Below, one piece after another: positions 54,701-63,367 of a stretch of 64,000 bases of DNA. The first letter of the stretch is position 1, and each line of letters starts with the position of its first letter. The DNA is taken from positions 34,489 through 98,488 of IMG/VR virus record IMGVR_UViG_3300042988_001700, one strand, 5' to 3'. Source of the DNA: a virus. The notes beneath the pieces were generated by a model. It was not told where the DNA came from, ran no database searches, and saw nothing but the letters and a program-made list of their open reading frames with translations. Made by a program: the position numbers and the translations under genes.

Positions 54701-57700
54701 GGCAATCATGTCTTTTGAACTAAAATCCATGTCGTCAATATCTTCAATTCCACTTGCCTTTGCTGCGGCAACGCTTTTCTTGGTCAGTCCCTCGTTCGTG
54801 CTAAACATGCTGATAACAACTGAGCGCCCTGCCGCAAGCTGTTTTTTTGCGTCATTAACAACCTCGTCATACTGAAGAGAAGTCATTAACTGCAAAAAGA
54901 ATCTCTGTTGAGTAGAATAGAACGCCGTATAATGTCCAGATCCTTTTTTCTTTTTCTCACCCGAATTTTCGGCAGCATTCTCAAACGCAACCAATAACTT
55001 CGACCACAAATCCGCTGCATCATTATATACGTTTCGCTCTCCCTCGGTAACGTTGTGCTGTATTGTCTCAAATTTTACCCCGGCATAGCTAATTGATCTG
55101 CTTATATAAGATCCTATAGCCTTAAGGTCTCTTGTAAGCGCCTCCATTGCGCCAAGCCCACCGCGCGTCATAGCTGTCAGGAAATCCATGAAATCAGTAA
55201 ATGGAGCACCGGCACCCCACATTCCAAGTCTACTTAAATAAGCCATGTTTCGCGCAACCGTAGCAGACGTAGCCGACATATTGAATATGCGTGCGTTCTT
55301 ATACGCTTTTTTAAGCATAAGACCGACATTCCCGCGCTCTGAACCTGCCTTTGAACTTGCCTCTCCGCCGATACCAGCACCAACGGCGTTTTTCATAAAA
55401 TGAGATTCGTCGAAGACAATAACGCCGTCGAAGTCGTCTCCAAGCCAATCTTGTATTTGCTTCAATCTCGCCTGAGTAGAAATTCCATTTTTATCTTTTT
55501 CGCTTCCCGACATAAGTCCGTATGACGTGAAAAGTATTCCGTCTTTATCTGGTAGCTTATCCCATGTTTTTGTATCGGCCTGAGAAATTACTTCCATTGG
55601 AACGCCTACGTCTGAAACGTCTCGTTCTGCCGAAGGCTTTAAATCAAAATTAACACTAATCCAAACTGCACGTTTTCTTCCGTGCATGAAATTATCATAA
55701 ATAACACCTACAGCGGTCCTACCTTTGCCGACCCCTGTAGAATCGCCTAATAAGTACTCCGCGCGTTCGCCACTTAATAATCTTTGGTTGTGTCTTTGCC
55801 CTGCATATACGATAGCCTCCATCTGAACATCAGAAAGCCTTCCCTCTTCGATAACTTCCTTTGGGATCTTTGGGGTATAAACGACATCGGGAGCCTCTGT
55901 CGCGGCAAGCGCCGTAGATTGAACGATGTTTCCCGGGTGTTTTATTGTTCCTTCAATTGTGGCTTTTTTGACAACGTAAGGAGAGTATTGCGAATCTTCC
56001 TCTTGCTCTACGTCCTTTACTCCGCCACTTCCTGGAACGCCGCTCGTTCCGTTGCCTGGCCCCACTGGACTAAGCCCATCGCTAACTGCATCGCCCATGC
56101 GCGCATCGATGATTGGTCTGTCAGTTGATTCAGGACTTCCGCTTTCGCTTGTTCCGGAAATTGCTCCGTTAGGATCTCCAATACCGCCCCGTGTATTCTT
56201 GGATCTTCCACTACCAGATCCCACTCGTCCTGTATCTCCAGAAAGTCCGGTTGTGTCTCGTTCTCCAAGAGAAGATCCATCAGGGGGATTAACGACGTTG
56301 TCTGATTGGCTGCGAAGTTTCTTTTTGTTAGATCGAACATTGCCGCCAGCTTTTCCTTTGCTACTTGATCCAGCTTTTCCGCCAATGCGTTCATTTATGT
56401 CCTCCTCTGCGATATCTTTTAACAGGTCTATAGTTCCTTCAGGCGTTAGTCCTTCAGATCGAACAACATTCGCCATTCTTTCATTTCTATTCATTCCGGG
56501 AGTCGGACCCGTTTTATCGATAATCAATATTTGATTGTCGAATCCGGTCCCGTATTTTGCGTAAGCCTTTCCGTCTATACCGATATTCGCCCGAACGTCG
56601 TTTTTCTGCTCCATCTTATCCCACCACGCACTAAACGATGGTCTTTCATGTGCCATTCCGCGACCAACGATGGCAACTAACCTACCACCATCCCTTACCC
56701 TGAGAAGGGCGTGCGTTACATGGCTTGCGCCAACTTCGGTATTATGGGAAGCTGTTCTTCCTCCGGTAGCAGAGAATGGAGGATTCATTATAACGACATC
56801 GGCCATTATTGTCTGAGGAAGATTGTTGTTCAGCTTTTCGGCGTCAACGCTATACGTTTCGAACCCCTGCATATTCAACAATCCAAGTCTTCTTGGAGAT
56901 ATCTCATTCGCTACAACCTTCGCACCGGCAATGTGCGCCATTGTCGCAATATTCCCTGTCCCGGCGCTTGGTTCTATAACGGTCATGCCTTTTGATACCC
57001 CGGATGCCCAAACAGCTATAAACGCCTCCGCTGGTGGCGTGGAGAACTGTTGGAACTCAATCTGTTCTTCAGTACGGTCAACTTGCCTCGGGATTATATC
57101 ATTAAGATCGTTAAGTCTCTTTACCGTATCTTCTGGGTTGCTGAAATCGACGATTCCAGATTCGAGTATGTATTCATTGATAGCGACTTCAAGAGCGTCA
57201 TACATGTCCCTTGGATCGTATGCGCCATCTCCCCGGGTTCCGCCAAATGAGCTGTCTGCCATTTTTGTCAACTGAGGATTCCCAAATTTTACACCGGTAC
57301 GAAGTTGCTGCTTAATAGTCTCGATCAAAGCACCGGTTCCGGGAACAACGTTTTTATCGTCTACCCGCGAAATAGGAACGTTAATAGGAGGTTGATTTTC
57401 TTTTTTGTCTCCACCTACTTTTGCGTATGTTGGAACGAAATTTTCGTAATCGTAGAATAATGTGCTTCCTTTAAATTTTAATTTCGCCGATCTTCCCGAT
57501 CCTATAACTTCTTCAACCTCTAATACATCAAGTTTGAAAAGAGTAATAGGAATTCCAACGTTCTCTCTTGCTTTCGCCAAGTCTCCAACTTTTGGCGTCC
57601 ACTCTTTAAGCATCGCCTGTGTTCTTGCGATATCTTCTTGAACCAAATCTGGATTTATTTCAACATCGTATGTCTTTTGGAAATCAGCAATACTGACATT

Positions 57701-60700
57701 CCAGTCTTGAATAAACCAATTGTTACCAACTTTATTTTTAACAAAAACCTTTTCGCCGATTACATCTATTCCGGTTAGAATGTATTTGTTCCCGTTAGAA
57801 CGAATAAATTCATCTCCAAATCCAATAGTTTTCTTTTCTTCTTCTTTAGGAACTTCGATTATTTTGTCAACATTTATAGCATGCTCGTTATCAACGGAAT
57901 AATCGTCAATCAATCTGTCTTTTGCCATTTTGGAAAGAACCTTTTCAACATCAGGTTCATCCTTTACGTCAAAGTCCCAAGTTGAACTAACTGAATTCCA
58001 CCTTCTCGGAATACCGTATTTTAAAAGGCCGCTCTTCAACGCTTCAGTAACTTGTTTTCCGGGATATTTCCCAAAAGTTATTCCTCTTAAGTCCAACACA
58101 TTCATGTGTGGATGAATAGTTGCAGATACTCCAACCTTCTTAACTTCTGGTTTTTCTACCTTCTTCTCTTGTTTTGCGACGAAATTTGACAGCAAAACGC
58201 CATTGCGCGGATCTATTCCACCATTAACCTTGTAGTAGGCGTCGTAAGACATCTCGACAACTTTTTGAAAACTTGCTTTAGCGGCTGATTCCGGAATCAT
58301 TTCAGCTATCATTTTTGCGATAGAATCAAAATTTGTCATTCCGCCTTCGATCATATCTGCAACGGCATCGAACGCAAGGTCTTCGTCTTCCTGGGAAGCC
58401 TTTTCGTATGAAGCACCTGGCTCTTTTAATGAATATTCAGCCGGTTCCTCCTGCATCCTATCACCAAGTTTTTTGAATTTCTCCATTGCACGCTTAATAG
58501 ATTCGTTCTGTTCGGGAGAAGCCTCTTTTTCAGTTTTACCATGAGAGGGTTTGGCTACTATTATGTGTTTATCAATGAAATCTTTTTGTGATTCCTTTTC
58601 TGTTTCTTTGCTAAACGGCTTTCTGAGAGTTATCTTTCCTTCCAGAATACCATGTCGTACCCTATCTGATATGTCCTGTTTTAAAAGCCAAGAAGACATT
58701 TCTGGCCAATCTTTTCCAAGATCATCCTTGAGGCGATCAATGTCAATCGGCCTAAGCGTTTCGGGAGAATCGGCCACTAACTGAAGGCGCGACAAATAAT
58801 TCATCTTTGGAAGCGGAAGAAGCGCATCTCTGCTTTTCGTAAGATTGCTTTTGTCTTTTGACGACTGAGCTTCCTCTTCCTGCATTCTCTTTAATTCCGC
58901 ACGAGCTTTTTCTCTTGGGGTAAGTTCTTTTTTGGCTGGTTCTGGTATCTTTGTCAACGATTCGTCTAATTTTGTATTTGTTGACTTTTCAAATTCACCA
59001 ACACTTTTTGCCATGAAAACCCTTGAGACAACCATACCTTTAAGAGATAGGTCAATTGCGTTTATGTTAACAGATCCGTCTTCGCTTACAGAAACGCTCT
59101 CCAGCCTATATTGTCGTCCATTAAAATCAAATTTAGATCCTATAGATATCTCTTGTGGCTTTCTTAAGCTTTCCTCTTGGCTTTTTGTTAGTTTTTTGAG
59201 CTGTTCCGGCCTTACGGTTACGAATGGATCTTTAATGTCGTCGTGAAATTTTACATTTATTACATCGTCTTCGGTTTCATCAGTTGAACGCATAAAGCCA
59301 TAAACAGTTCCAAGTCTCCCCAAATATTGAACCTTGTCTCCTATCGAATACTCTCCAAGAGTAAATTTTTTTACGTCTGGTGCCTTTTTGGTAAAAACTT
59401 TCGACAGGGAATCTTCTTGTTTTTGCTGTTCGGCAGTCGGTTTGTTTTCTGCGGCTTTGTCTTCTTTTTTATTTGAATAAGTTTGTTCTAAATCAAGGTT
59501 TGTTAGTCTGGAAAATTTCTTTTTTGCCCAATCAATCAACTCGACATCCGTAGGATTGTGGGCATCGGTCCAAACCTTTAACATTGTTCTATACGCTGTT
59601 GCGTGTGATCTGTCGTATTCTTTCCCAATTGCATCCGTAATCAACAAATGAACTTCTAGTGAGTGTTGTTGTTTTTTTGCTGATTCTGGGATTTTAGTTA
59701 AAGATTCATCTGTTTTTTTCTTTTCAAACGGTTTGCCGGTAAACAGCGCCTTTGTTCCCTTTAGCGTTCCCGGCAATTTTACACCGGTAATCTCAGTAAA
59801 CAATTTCCTACTATTCTTGTTAGTCAGATGAAGAATATCGCCATACTCGCCAAGAGCAATAGCTTTAAGAACCTTTTTTGCTGCAATCTTTGAAGGCTTT
59901 TCGCGGATTTCTCCACCTGTTTTATCGACAAGCCATTGCGCCCACTTATCAATCTCTGCCTGGTCGGGAACATATTCTTGCTTTGCAACTTCTTCCCCCT
60001 GGGCAATACCCTCTTCTATAGCCTTTTTAGCATTATGAGAGGCATTCTTGTACATCTCTGCTATTTCGTCACGATTTGTAACAGCATCGATAACTAACTG
60101 TCTGAAAGAATCGTAATCCCCGGGAATGAGTTCTTCCGACATTCTGTTTTCTTCTGTCCAGACGCGCTTTCCTTCGTCGGTGGAAAAGTATTCGGTAAGT
60201 CCTTTGAAGTATTTCCTTTGCTCCGGAGACATTCTGCTTTCGCCAAGGTCTTTTATGGCTTGCTGATATTTCTTTCCGGTAACGTCGCCAAGATTAAAAG
60301 CGTCTCTGAACGCAAGATTTAGATCGTACTTATATGCCTCAAAGTTAAGATCGCTTAACTCTTCATCATTAAGATTGTCCGTCTTAAAAGCGGATCTTCC
60401 GGAAGACCGTATTGGTCTATTCCCGGTCGATTTAACGATGGCGGCATCGTCTGTTTTTGCTTCTTTTTGGATTTCTGGCGCAACAGTCGCTTCGCCTTCA
60501 CTTGGGAGGCGTACTCCGGCGTCACCGGCTCCGGTTCGCTGTAATTCATTTTGTACTGTTTCTGTTCCATTCCTTTTTCCTCCTGACCATGTTTGTGAAC
60601 GGCCACTTTCCTTTGCCTTATATAATTGTTCGTCTGCATTAGAAATTCCAATTCCGTGACCAGCCGAAAATGTTACTCCCGTAAGCTTCCCGTCAGCAAA

Positions 60701-63340
60701 TTCCTCCTTTTTAAATTCGTCTCGCAACGAATCAATTCTATTTAAAACTTCGCCTATTGGCTTATCGGTAGTTGGAACTATCGCAAATTCTTCCCCGCCC
60801 CATCGCCCGGCGATATATTCACCATTTGAATTGTCATTTAAAAAATTACCAAGCGACTCAAGAACCTCGTCTCCAACTCCATGACCATAAGTGTCATTTA
60901 CACTTTTGAACTTGTCTACGTCCAAGATTATGACATCTGATTTATCGACGCTTTTGCCTATTTCGTTTGCCTTTGTCTCAAGCCCTCTTCGGTTAAACAT
61001 TCCGGTAAGAGGATCAACTGAAGCTATCTTCTTTTCTTCTTGATGTGCAGCGTGCAGCTTTGCGTATTCTGCGGCAAGCTGATCGGGTGGCAACTGAGAT
61101 ATCTCTTCAGGAGAAAGTATCTTTGTTGGCTCTTTCTGTTCCTGTGCATTAGAACCGGAAGTCGGTTTTTCTATTTGATTTTGAACCGTACTTCCTTCAT
61201 CCATCCACGCCAAAAAGTCATCGTGTGTTTTTTCTGGATTGGCATCCATGTAATCAGTAAAAAGCCCAGCATACTTGTCGTTTATTGCAAGCCTTTCTTC
61301 TGGTGTCGCCGTAGCTATATTTTTTGAAGCATTGGCAACTTCATCGCGACGAGCGGTTAAAAGGTCCGGAGTAGCAGGCCCCGGCTGTGGTGTAGCAGCC
61401 TGTGGTTGTTCTGCCGATTGTCCGACGGCAGAAGGTGGGGCCTGTTCCGGAGTGGTTGGCTTTCCAATAGTAATATTATGTGGAACATCTGGTTTATTTG
61501 CTATGTGTTTTGAAATTCCTCCACCAAGTCCTATAAGTCCCAATATTCCCATTGGACCGGCAGCCCCACCGACTTCTTGGACATAATTTTTAAGCAACTG
61601 CGGAAGAAGCTCTCCAACATCCTTACTCGAAACTCCATCGGTTTGCTTCCCTATTTCAACACCTATGTCCGTTACAAGTCTTTGCATCCCCTCTTCGTTT
61701 ATTTCCTTAAGAAAATCTTTGCCTTTTTCAACAGCAAGTTTTCCGACAACTTTCGCTATACTATCTCCAATTGCTTTTTGTGTTATTTTTCCACCAAGAT
61801 TAGTCAATTGTTTTAATTGTATTTTTTCAATTGCAGCATAGATTATTCCTGTTAATGGAGCAATTTCTCTGGCAGTTTCAAAAGATACCCCGGATTGCAC
61901 CATTTGATCTGAAGCGTCGCCAGCACCCTGGATAGCCCATTGCGATAGCCCAATAGCAGGGCCAACAACAGGAATAGAAGAAATTGCAGCTGTTTGCACC
62001 ATCGGGGGAAGCATTTCAATTGTTTGCAAAATGAGATTTTTAAATGCGCCGTTCTTTTTTGTTTTATCTTCAATTTTAACAGTGTTTTCGTAATCACGCA
62101 TTAATTTTTGCATTTTCAAAAAGGAATCTTTGTCTCCAGCGTAATTATATCCACCCATAGCTTTTTGAATTACAAAAGAAATATCTCCCCTTTCAAAAGC
62201 GTTAGCATATTCATTCCCGCCACTTTCTTTTAATTGGTTTATTCGGCGTTCTATCTTGGGAATTTTTAAAATGATAGGATCAAAAGCTTTGGCACCTTCA
62301 GAGTAAATTTTTTCTTGTTCAGATGAAAATTCAGATATTTTCTTTTGGTCAATTGATTTTTGGAGCCTTGAAAGATTGAAATCAATATCATCCTTAACGC
62401 TGTTTTTGATTTCTGGTATTGAAGAAATCTTTTTCCACCCAACGTTTTCATTCGCCAATTCAGATTTCCTCGAAACAAAATTACCATCAGCATCTTTAAA
62501 ATCATCAATGGAAACGCCGTATTTTTTTAGGTCTTTCTTTAATCCACCGGTAGCGTAATATTCTTCATACCCGCTACGCAACTTACTCGTTTCTTTTTCT
62601 CCATGATAAATTGAAGCAAGTGCCGTTTGTGTTGCAGCCTCAAGCGGATCTTTCTGGCCTTTTGCCACAACCATCTGAAGGACTTCTTTTTGCTGGTCGG
62701 GTGGAACATTTTCAGAAATTAGTTTGGCGTGCTCCGACGACGGGTGTGAAAAAATTTGGTCGGCTGTCTTTTCCAAAGCGTAGGAAGGAGTATCGGTAAC
62801 AGTCTCAACAGGCTTGCTTACTTCTTTTGGCAACTTAACGCTTATATTTTGGGCAGGAGAATAAACTGTTTGTGGCTTTGTTACTTCTTGCGGTACAACT
62901 ATTCCGCGCCCTCCACCGGTTCCCGAAATAAGATCGAAATCACTTGTGTCATAGGTTGGTGGCTTTGGGCGAGAAGCCTCTTGTTGCAACGCCGTTTGTC
63001 CCTTTAGTTGAATATATGGTGAAACAGTCTCCGCTGGTGGCATTGCGCTTTTTTTTGCAATATCCTCTTGCGCACGCATAGCGGCGTCGCTCATTACTTC
63101 CGCTGAAATATTCCATGGATCAACCGGTTCTGGCTGTGGTGCCGGTGCGCTTTGTACGGGAACAGGAGATGGTTTTGAGGGAGGAGCGCTTGCTATTGAA
63201 TCAAGATATGCGAATTCATCGTCATTTATTGAGGCCGAAATTGGCTGTTGAATATTTTGTGTTGTAGGCGGAGTGGCTCCGCTTGCAATAGAATCTAATG
63301 ACGCAAACTCTTCATCGGAGATCGGTGTATTGATTGCCAT
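45764..63340 (-). CDS. giant polyvalent (DarB-like, probably virion-injected) protein, 5858 aa
   Basis: GGDEF (~60590-61020), N6-MTase (EPSAGTG, NPPF 56774-56785), strawberry-notch-type SF2 helicase (GDSTGVGKGR, FDESH, GRVHRSNQ), ART-like (VYHGT...QIKSA), EEIQS domain, JAB/RadC (HNHPSG), helical C-terminal region. Confidence 0.9.
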   Translation of the reverse strand: MAINTPISDEEFASLDSIASGATPPTTQNIQQPISASINDDEFAYLDSIASAPPSKPSPVPVQSAPAPQPEPVDPWNISAEVMSDAAMRAQEDIAKKSAMPPAETVSPYIQLKGQTALQQEASRPKPPTYDTSDFDLISGTGGGRGIVVPQEVTKPQTVYSPAQNISVKLPKEVSKPVETVTDTPSYALEKTADQIFSHPSSEHAKLISENVPPDQQKEVLQMVVAKGQKDPLEAATQTALASIYHGEKETSKLRSGYEEYYATGGLKKDLKKYGVSIDDFKDADGNFVSRKSELANENVGWKKISSIPEIKNSVKDDIDFNLSRLQKSIDQKKISEFSSEQEKIYSEGAKAFDPIILKIPKIERRINQLKESGGNEYANAFERGDISFVIQKAMGGYNYAGDKDSFLKMQKLMRDYENTVKIEDKTKKNGAFKNLILQTIEMLPPMVQTAAISSIPVVGPAIGLSQWAIQGAGDASDQMVQSGVSFETAREIAPLTGIIYAAIEKIQLKQLTNLGGKITQKAIGDSIAKVVGKLAVEKGKDFLKEINEEGMQRLVTDIGVEIGKQTDGVSSKDVGELLPQLLKNYVQEVGGAAGPMGILGLIGLGGGISKHIANKPDVPHNITIGKPTTPEQAPPSAVGQSAEQPQAATPQPGPATPDLLTARRDEVANASKNIATATPEERLAINDKYAGLFTDYMDANPEKTHDDFLAWMDEGSTVQNQIEKPTSGSNAQEQKEPTKILSPEEISQLPPDQLAAEYAKLHAAHQEEKKIASVDPLTGMFNRRGLETKANEIGKSVDKSDVIILDVDKFKSVNDTYGHGVGDEVLESLGNFLNDNSNGEYIAGRWGGEEFAIVPTTDKPIGEVLNRIDSLRDEFKKEEFADGKLTGVTFSAGHGIGISNADEQLYKAKESGRSQTWSGGKRNGTETVQNELQRTGAGDAGVRLPSEGEATVAPEIQKEAKTDDAAIVKSTGNRPIRSSGRSAFKTDNLNDEELSDLNFEAYKYDLNLAFRDAFNLGDVTGKKYQQAIKDLGESRMSPEQRKYFKGLTEYFSTDEGKRVWTEENRMSEELIPGDYDSFRQLVIDAVTNRDEIAEMYKNASHNAKKAIEEGIAQGEEVAKQEYVPDQAEIDKWAQWLVDKTGGEIREKPSKIAAKKVLKAIALGEYGDILHLTNKNSRKLFTEITGVKLPGTLKGTKALFTGKPFEKKKTDESLTKIPESAKKQQHSLEVHLLITDAIGKEYDRSHATAYRTMLKVWTDAHNPTDVELIDWAKKKFSRLTNLDLEQTYSNKKEDKAAENKPTAEQQKQEDSLSKVFTKKAPDVKKFTLGEYSIGDKVQYLGRLGTVYGFMRSTDETEDDVINVKFHDDIKDPFVTVRPEQLKKLTKSQEESLRKPQEISIGSKFDFNGRQYRLESVSVSEDGSVNINAIDLSLKGMVVSRVFMAKSVGEFEKSTNTKLDESLTKIPEPAKKELTPREKARAELKRMQEEEAQSSKDKSNLTKSRDALLPLPKMNYLSRLQLVADSPETLRPIDIDRLKDDLGKDWPEMSSWLLKQDISDRVRHGILEGKITLRKPFSKETEKESQKDFIDKHIIVAKPSHGKTEKEASPEQNESIKRAMEKFKKLGDRMQEEPAEYSLKEPGASYEKASQEDEDLAFDAVADMIEGGMTNFDSIAKMIAEMIPESAAKASFQKVVEMSYDAYYKVNGGIDPRNGVLLSNFVAKQEKKVEKPEVKKVGVSATIHPHMNVLDLRGITFGKYPGKQVTEALKSGLLKYGIPRRWNSVSSTWDFDVKDEPDVEKVLSKMAKDRLIDDYSVDNEHAINVDKIIEVPKEEEKKTIGFGDEFIRSNGNKYILTGIDVIGEKVFVKNKVGNNWFIQDWNVSIADFQKTYDVEINPDLVQEDIARTQAMLKEWTPKVGDLAKARENVGIPITLFKLDVLEVEEVIGSGRSAKLKFKGSTLFYDYENFVPTYAKVGGDKKENQPPINVPISRVDDKNVVPGTGALIETIKQQLRTGVKFGNPQLTKMADSSFGGTRGDGAYDPRDMYDALEVAINEYILESGIVDFSNPEDTVKRLNDLNDIIPRQVDRTEEQIEFQQFSTPPAEAFIAVWASGVSKGMTVIEPSAGTGNIATMAHIAGAKVVANEISPRRLGLLNMQGFETYSVDAEKLNNNLPQTIMADVVIMNPPFSATGGRTASHNTEVGASHVTHALLRVRDGGRLVAIVGRGMAHERPSFSAWWDKMEQKNDVRANIGIDGKAYAKYGTGFDNQILIIDKTGPTPGMNRNERMANVVRSEGLTPEGTIDLLKDIAEEDINERIGGKAGSSSKGKAGGNVRSNKKKLRSQSDNVVNPPDGSSLGERDTTGLSGDTGRVGSGSGRSKNTRGGIGDPNGAISGTSESGSPESTDRPIIDARMGDAVSDGLSPVGPGNGTSGVPGSGGVKDVEQEEDSQYSPYVVKKATIEGTIKHPGNIVQSTALAATEAPDVVYTPKIPKEVIEEGRLSDVQMEAIVYAGQRHNQRLLSGERAEYLLGDSTGVGKGRTAVGVIYDNFMHGRKRAVWISVNFDLKPSAERDVSDVGVPMEVISQADTKTWDKLPDKDGILFTSYGLMSGSEKDKNGISTQARLKQIQDWLGDDFDGVIVFDESHFMKNAVGAGIGGEASSKAGSERGNVGLMLKKAYKNARIFNMSATSATVARNMAYLSRLGMWGAGAPFTDFMDFLTAMTRGGLGAMEALTRDLKAIGSYISRSISYAGVKFETIQHNVTEGERNVYNDAADLWSKLLVAFENAAENSGEKKKKGSGHYTAFYSTQQRFFLQLMTSLQYDEVVNDAKKQLAAGRSVVISMFSTNEGLTKKSVAAAKASGIEDIDDMDFSSKDMIASMVKTSFPIYQYVTQKNIVTGKDETVMELDAQGEPVINRENFQEQQRLLEIISNLNLPPNPFDRIVNAFGADNIAEISGRKMRLEGVGKNQKYVRRINENGTSKDVNEYETKQFQSGKKRVAIISAAASTGISLHSDKKAENKQQRVFYAMQLSWSADTQMQVFGRVHRSNQEVPPIIKLVKTDIKGQERLVNAVSRRLASLGAMTSGNRESLGGGMFSIEDLTDEYGENALQSVITGLSRKSLAEMGLLNKKGEAKEDVTVDKFLNRILVLPIGRQNEVFEKFYEKYQENIANAKAKGNFDSGVQKIRAKNLRIDKPAELIYVDPISKAKTHLVYLAGEVPSNKLSFEVSHIQDFTDYWVGYYQNVKSKRIYSVITVKITTNGIEKEVYQLTNPKGIRHSLDNEEFNHGLMEVNRGDAEVLWEKELSEIPEYTTEKHTILTGIIYPIYDKIYPKKIDNDSAFASHEKQTVVQATTGDNETYLGISLKQKQIAGIKLRLGIGNSFSQLSAVELFNLVKYDHGIVELDNGWQIAPVNVHNQPRIELRNLWSPNLDELKRYGAFSEYISSWNKKWFIPFEDEAGINSIKEMILVHKAVKDLTATDAPSSSSNKAKDNVNKFIDDSLPQIGATIKMISPYQGLVNDDLITEEPKSKYETGDLFSGTGFEDKRTPVQKAIAAEIRKKNEKRIGGSPDVTGLPMFEGGAGIVGGTEQLSLFEPGASYGGDIQSTEFKKWFGDWESNSETASKVVDDLGMPLVVYHGTPDARDVKQNGVFKTAKEQYFDTLSPEGQTNTLKERAYFFTNHNNTARTYANDKMAFDYQNAEPSVFGVYLSLKNPMVIDAGGVEWGKRGGPKAQREQIEFAKENGYDGIIIRNTKDTYTDTKRAPLSDVYIAFNPKQIKSATNNSGEYSTDTANMFREPGASYGARESLYSNAMQAVNSIDMPKAPASQWLKMLDPSSGRGTKMDEMKFTGLSDYLSSKGDETVSKEDIKGFLNQNGVMFEPGSPYGDIVDYEEDRAEKMASEEGKFSELDKGLIEQAKQAADKYGIHFDGPQLGIADRVVALSFSDPVTTGTFYTRDPRDVGDRLNKMREKLPAKYPEKIKKYASVEEYRSAVPYFYSPLLRAAQDLKQEKGTGSQLVAMILNQPGVKKAEVDWIGLSQEFSGKESVTKDEIIKFISGNMIDSKIAVNDYDIPKIEWEEPNKLSGPIIYSNTNLSIKIRKIGQLEDSFAIYYNKEFIQNESDVNAAKKFAQEWYDKYEPRKTKYGPNKYDDLTLPGYQNYKEVTLSLPEDTFGMFAEYDEPHGLGKNVYAHIRMDDRTDSEGNKVLFLEEIQSKWSQELREGNVAATNRVPDRVFQSGDKWRAGISGIDFVTGDTREEAIEKFKKSYGPGVLPMPFANNWMDVVLKFALRYASENGYDKVSWITGRQTADRYDLQKQVKYIDWEKNDDETYNIDAPHIDENDGIYKEDLSIEEVSRLLGKDISKRIFNSEGTKVKDKAYRDWTRLDGESLSVGGDWAYNLYDKKISQFYEKYGKPWGLKVENINIGTGVSQQSIAINDAVKNDVVYNGQSLFEQREFLKDWGVQTELDFGTPMSKNDTEIVFGSKEEVEKANTEIENQFSKSPISPVLGKAGATTVRGDWKKHRRIDFRGRVINNATELANMFSVFRHPRIEHFHIIYTDDNGKILAHNAMSSGLTNSSVVGTRTGLSANNYIIKNRMERLGATKYFIVHNHPSGRMEASDPDKFITKYFINNIPGFSGHVVLDHDRFLFIGEEIDHRGLPTAQTISFDIPKEDFNEATRNRPQIRQAIDVANLTRDTFQGENHTSLLVLDNQNMVVAWYPIKGIEQLAPSRVYQRVRESGGTWAVIATDDRKIFMTGSRIIKSTRSSSEPEYDITHDIVYVYKDGSYDSARKIGVLGFGDARGSSTNNGESIKNIKNTPQLWEPRAKYNIKGGGFKSVDENVDKIMNESRGLQKNLNTIYAKTMAAITTAKNDMTRHYPLLDPVVFAREIDILRHFESVPEFSKASAYNVVKGIIAGMGPKKQIVFERNIILPDLLKDIESGLYTFPDGTPKKLPFGYQSIDDVKADNKEAMRLAALNPDISNALDLRNRFMRDLRESLVREKFLHEDVLKDDRYFHHQVIEAMETKEYLTTGTTSSDFRTKRKGWQNGRVGYDKPYNTKYTESEFEVVAQGIALLEAADSLKKMKMVADISGQLKQDATEMNNELTKKRLAKAAGIDEKSPDYDMFDPFMPYRKSIAIAVSQLEKMASKDEIDAPEYSLIIEKLSSGYFSKKSGVEMDVDSTAGSDEDWWEFLSYLMDKGLDGSQYAGMIFKAISQRKELIKSTTGAQFKKWQDILPEGYVEWQPKRGFGMYEATTIPDKIASQIDQNGSQVVEEQDLQTLLALRKRQSWALPSELAATLDKVVDFPIDNFIAKALQKIQNSWKIWRLLNPPSVIKYNINNMSGDLDIAMAYDPKIMAYAQKAAKDLWGYNLKGKAPTEEMLKLIKKGVISSGLSVSEITDLNKDMFLKILSGEKVGMIERYWQTTKNFTQWRENILRLAAYRFFVDHLKKYPDTTFGASNRLAIEKITDQDDKAAKLARELIGDYGNISKGGQWLRRYLIPFYSWLEINAPRYYRLMQNAPHEGDRDSKTRAARTAKLGLTSAAILGKNAAFSSAMLMVKAGALYAAVMLWNQLFPDDEKEELMQRRRQAHLLLPNIEELANGNLTSRRSDGTIASLRFQGALSDALSWIGLEDLPYDVSDLASGSKKFSDMIKEAAVAPFQRIGTSLTPMIKSPVELLTKKSFYPNVFNPSPIRDPWENVARTMAMDIPYRYLAGKPSKGFINSIPTAVVYITDPGEAAYQEIKSKVYKFLDDNKYEVNQNDPTNKANALYYYKKSIVYKDQKSAIRWLKEYLKAGGTIDGISTSIRNADPLAALPDKYRNHFIASLAPRELRQLGRANAWYNLTYKGRNN

Positions 63341-63367
63341 TCATGTTTCTCCTGTCGGGTATTCATA

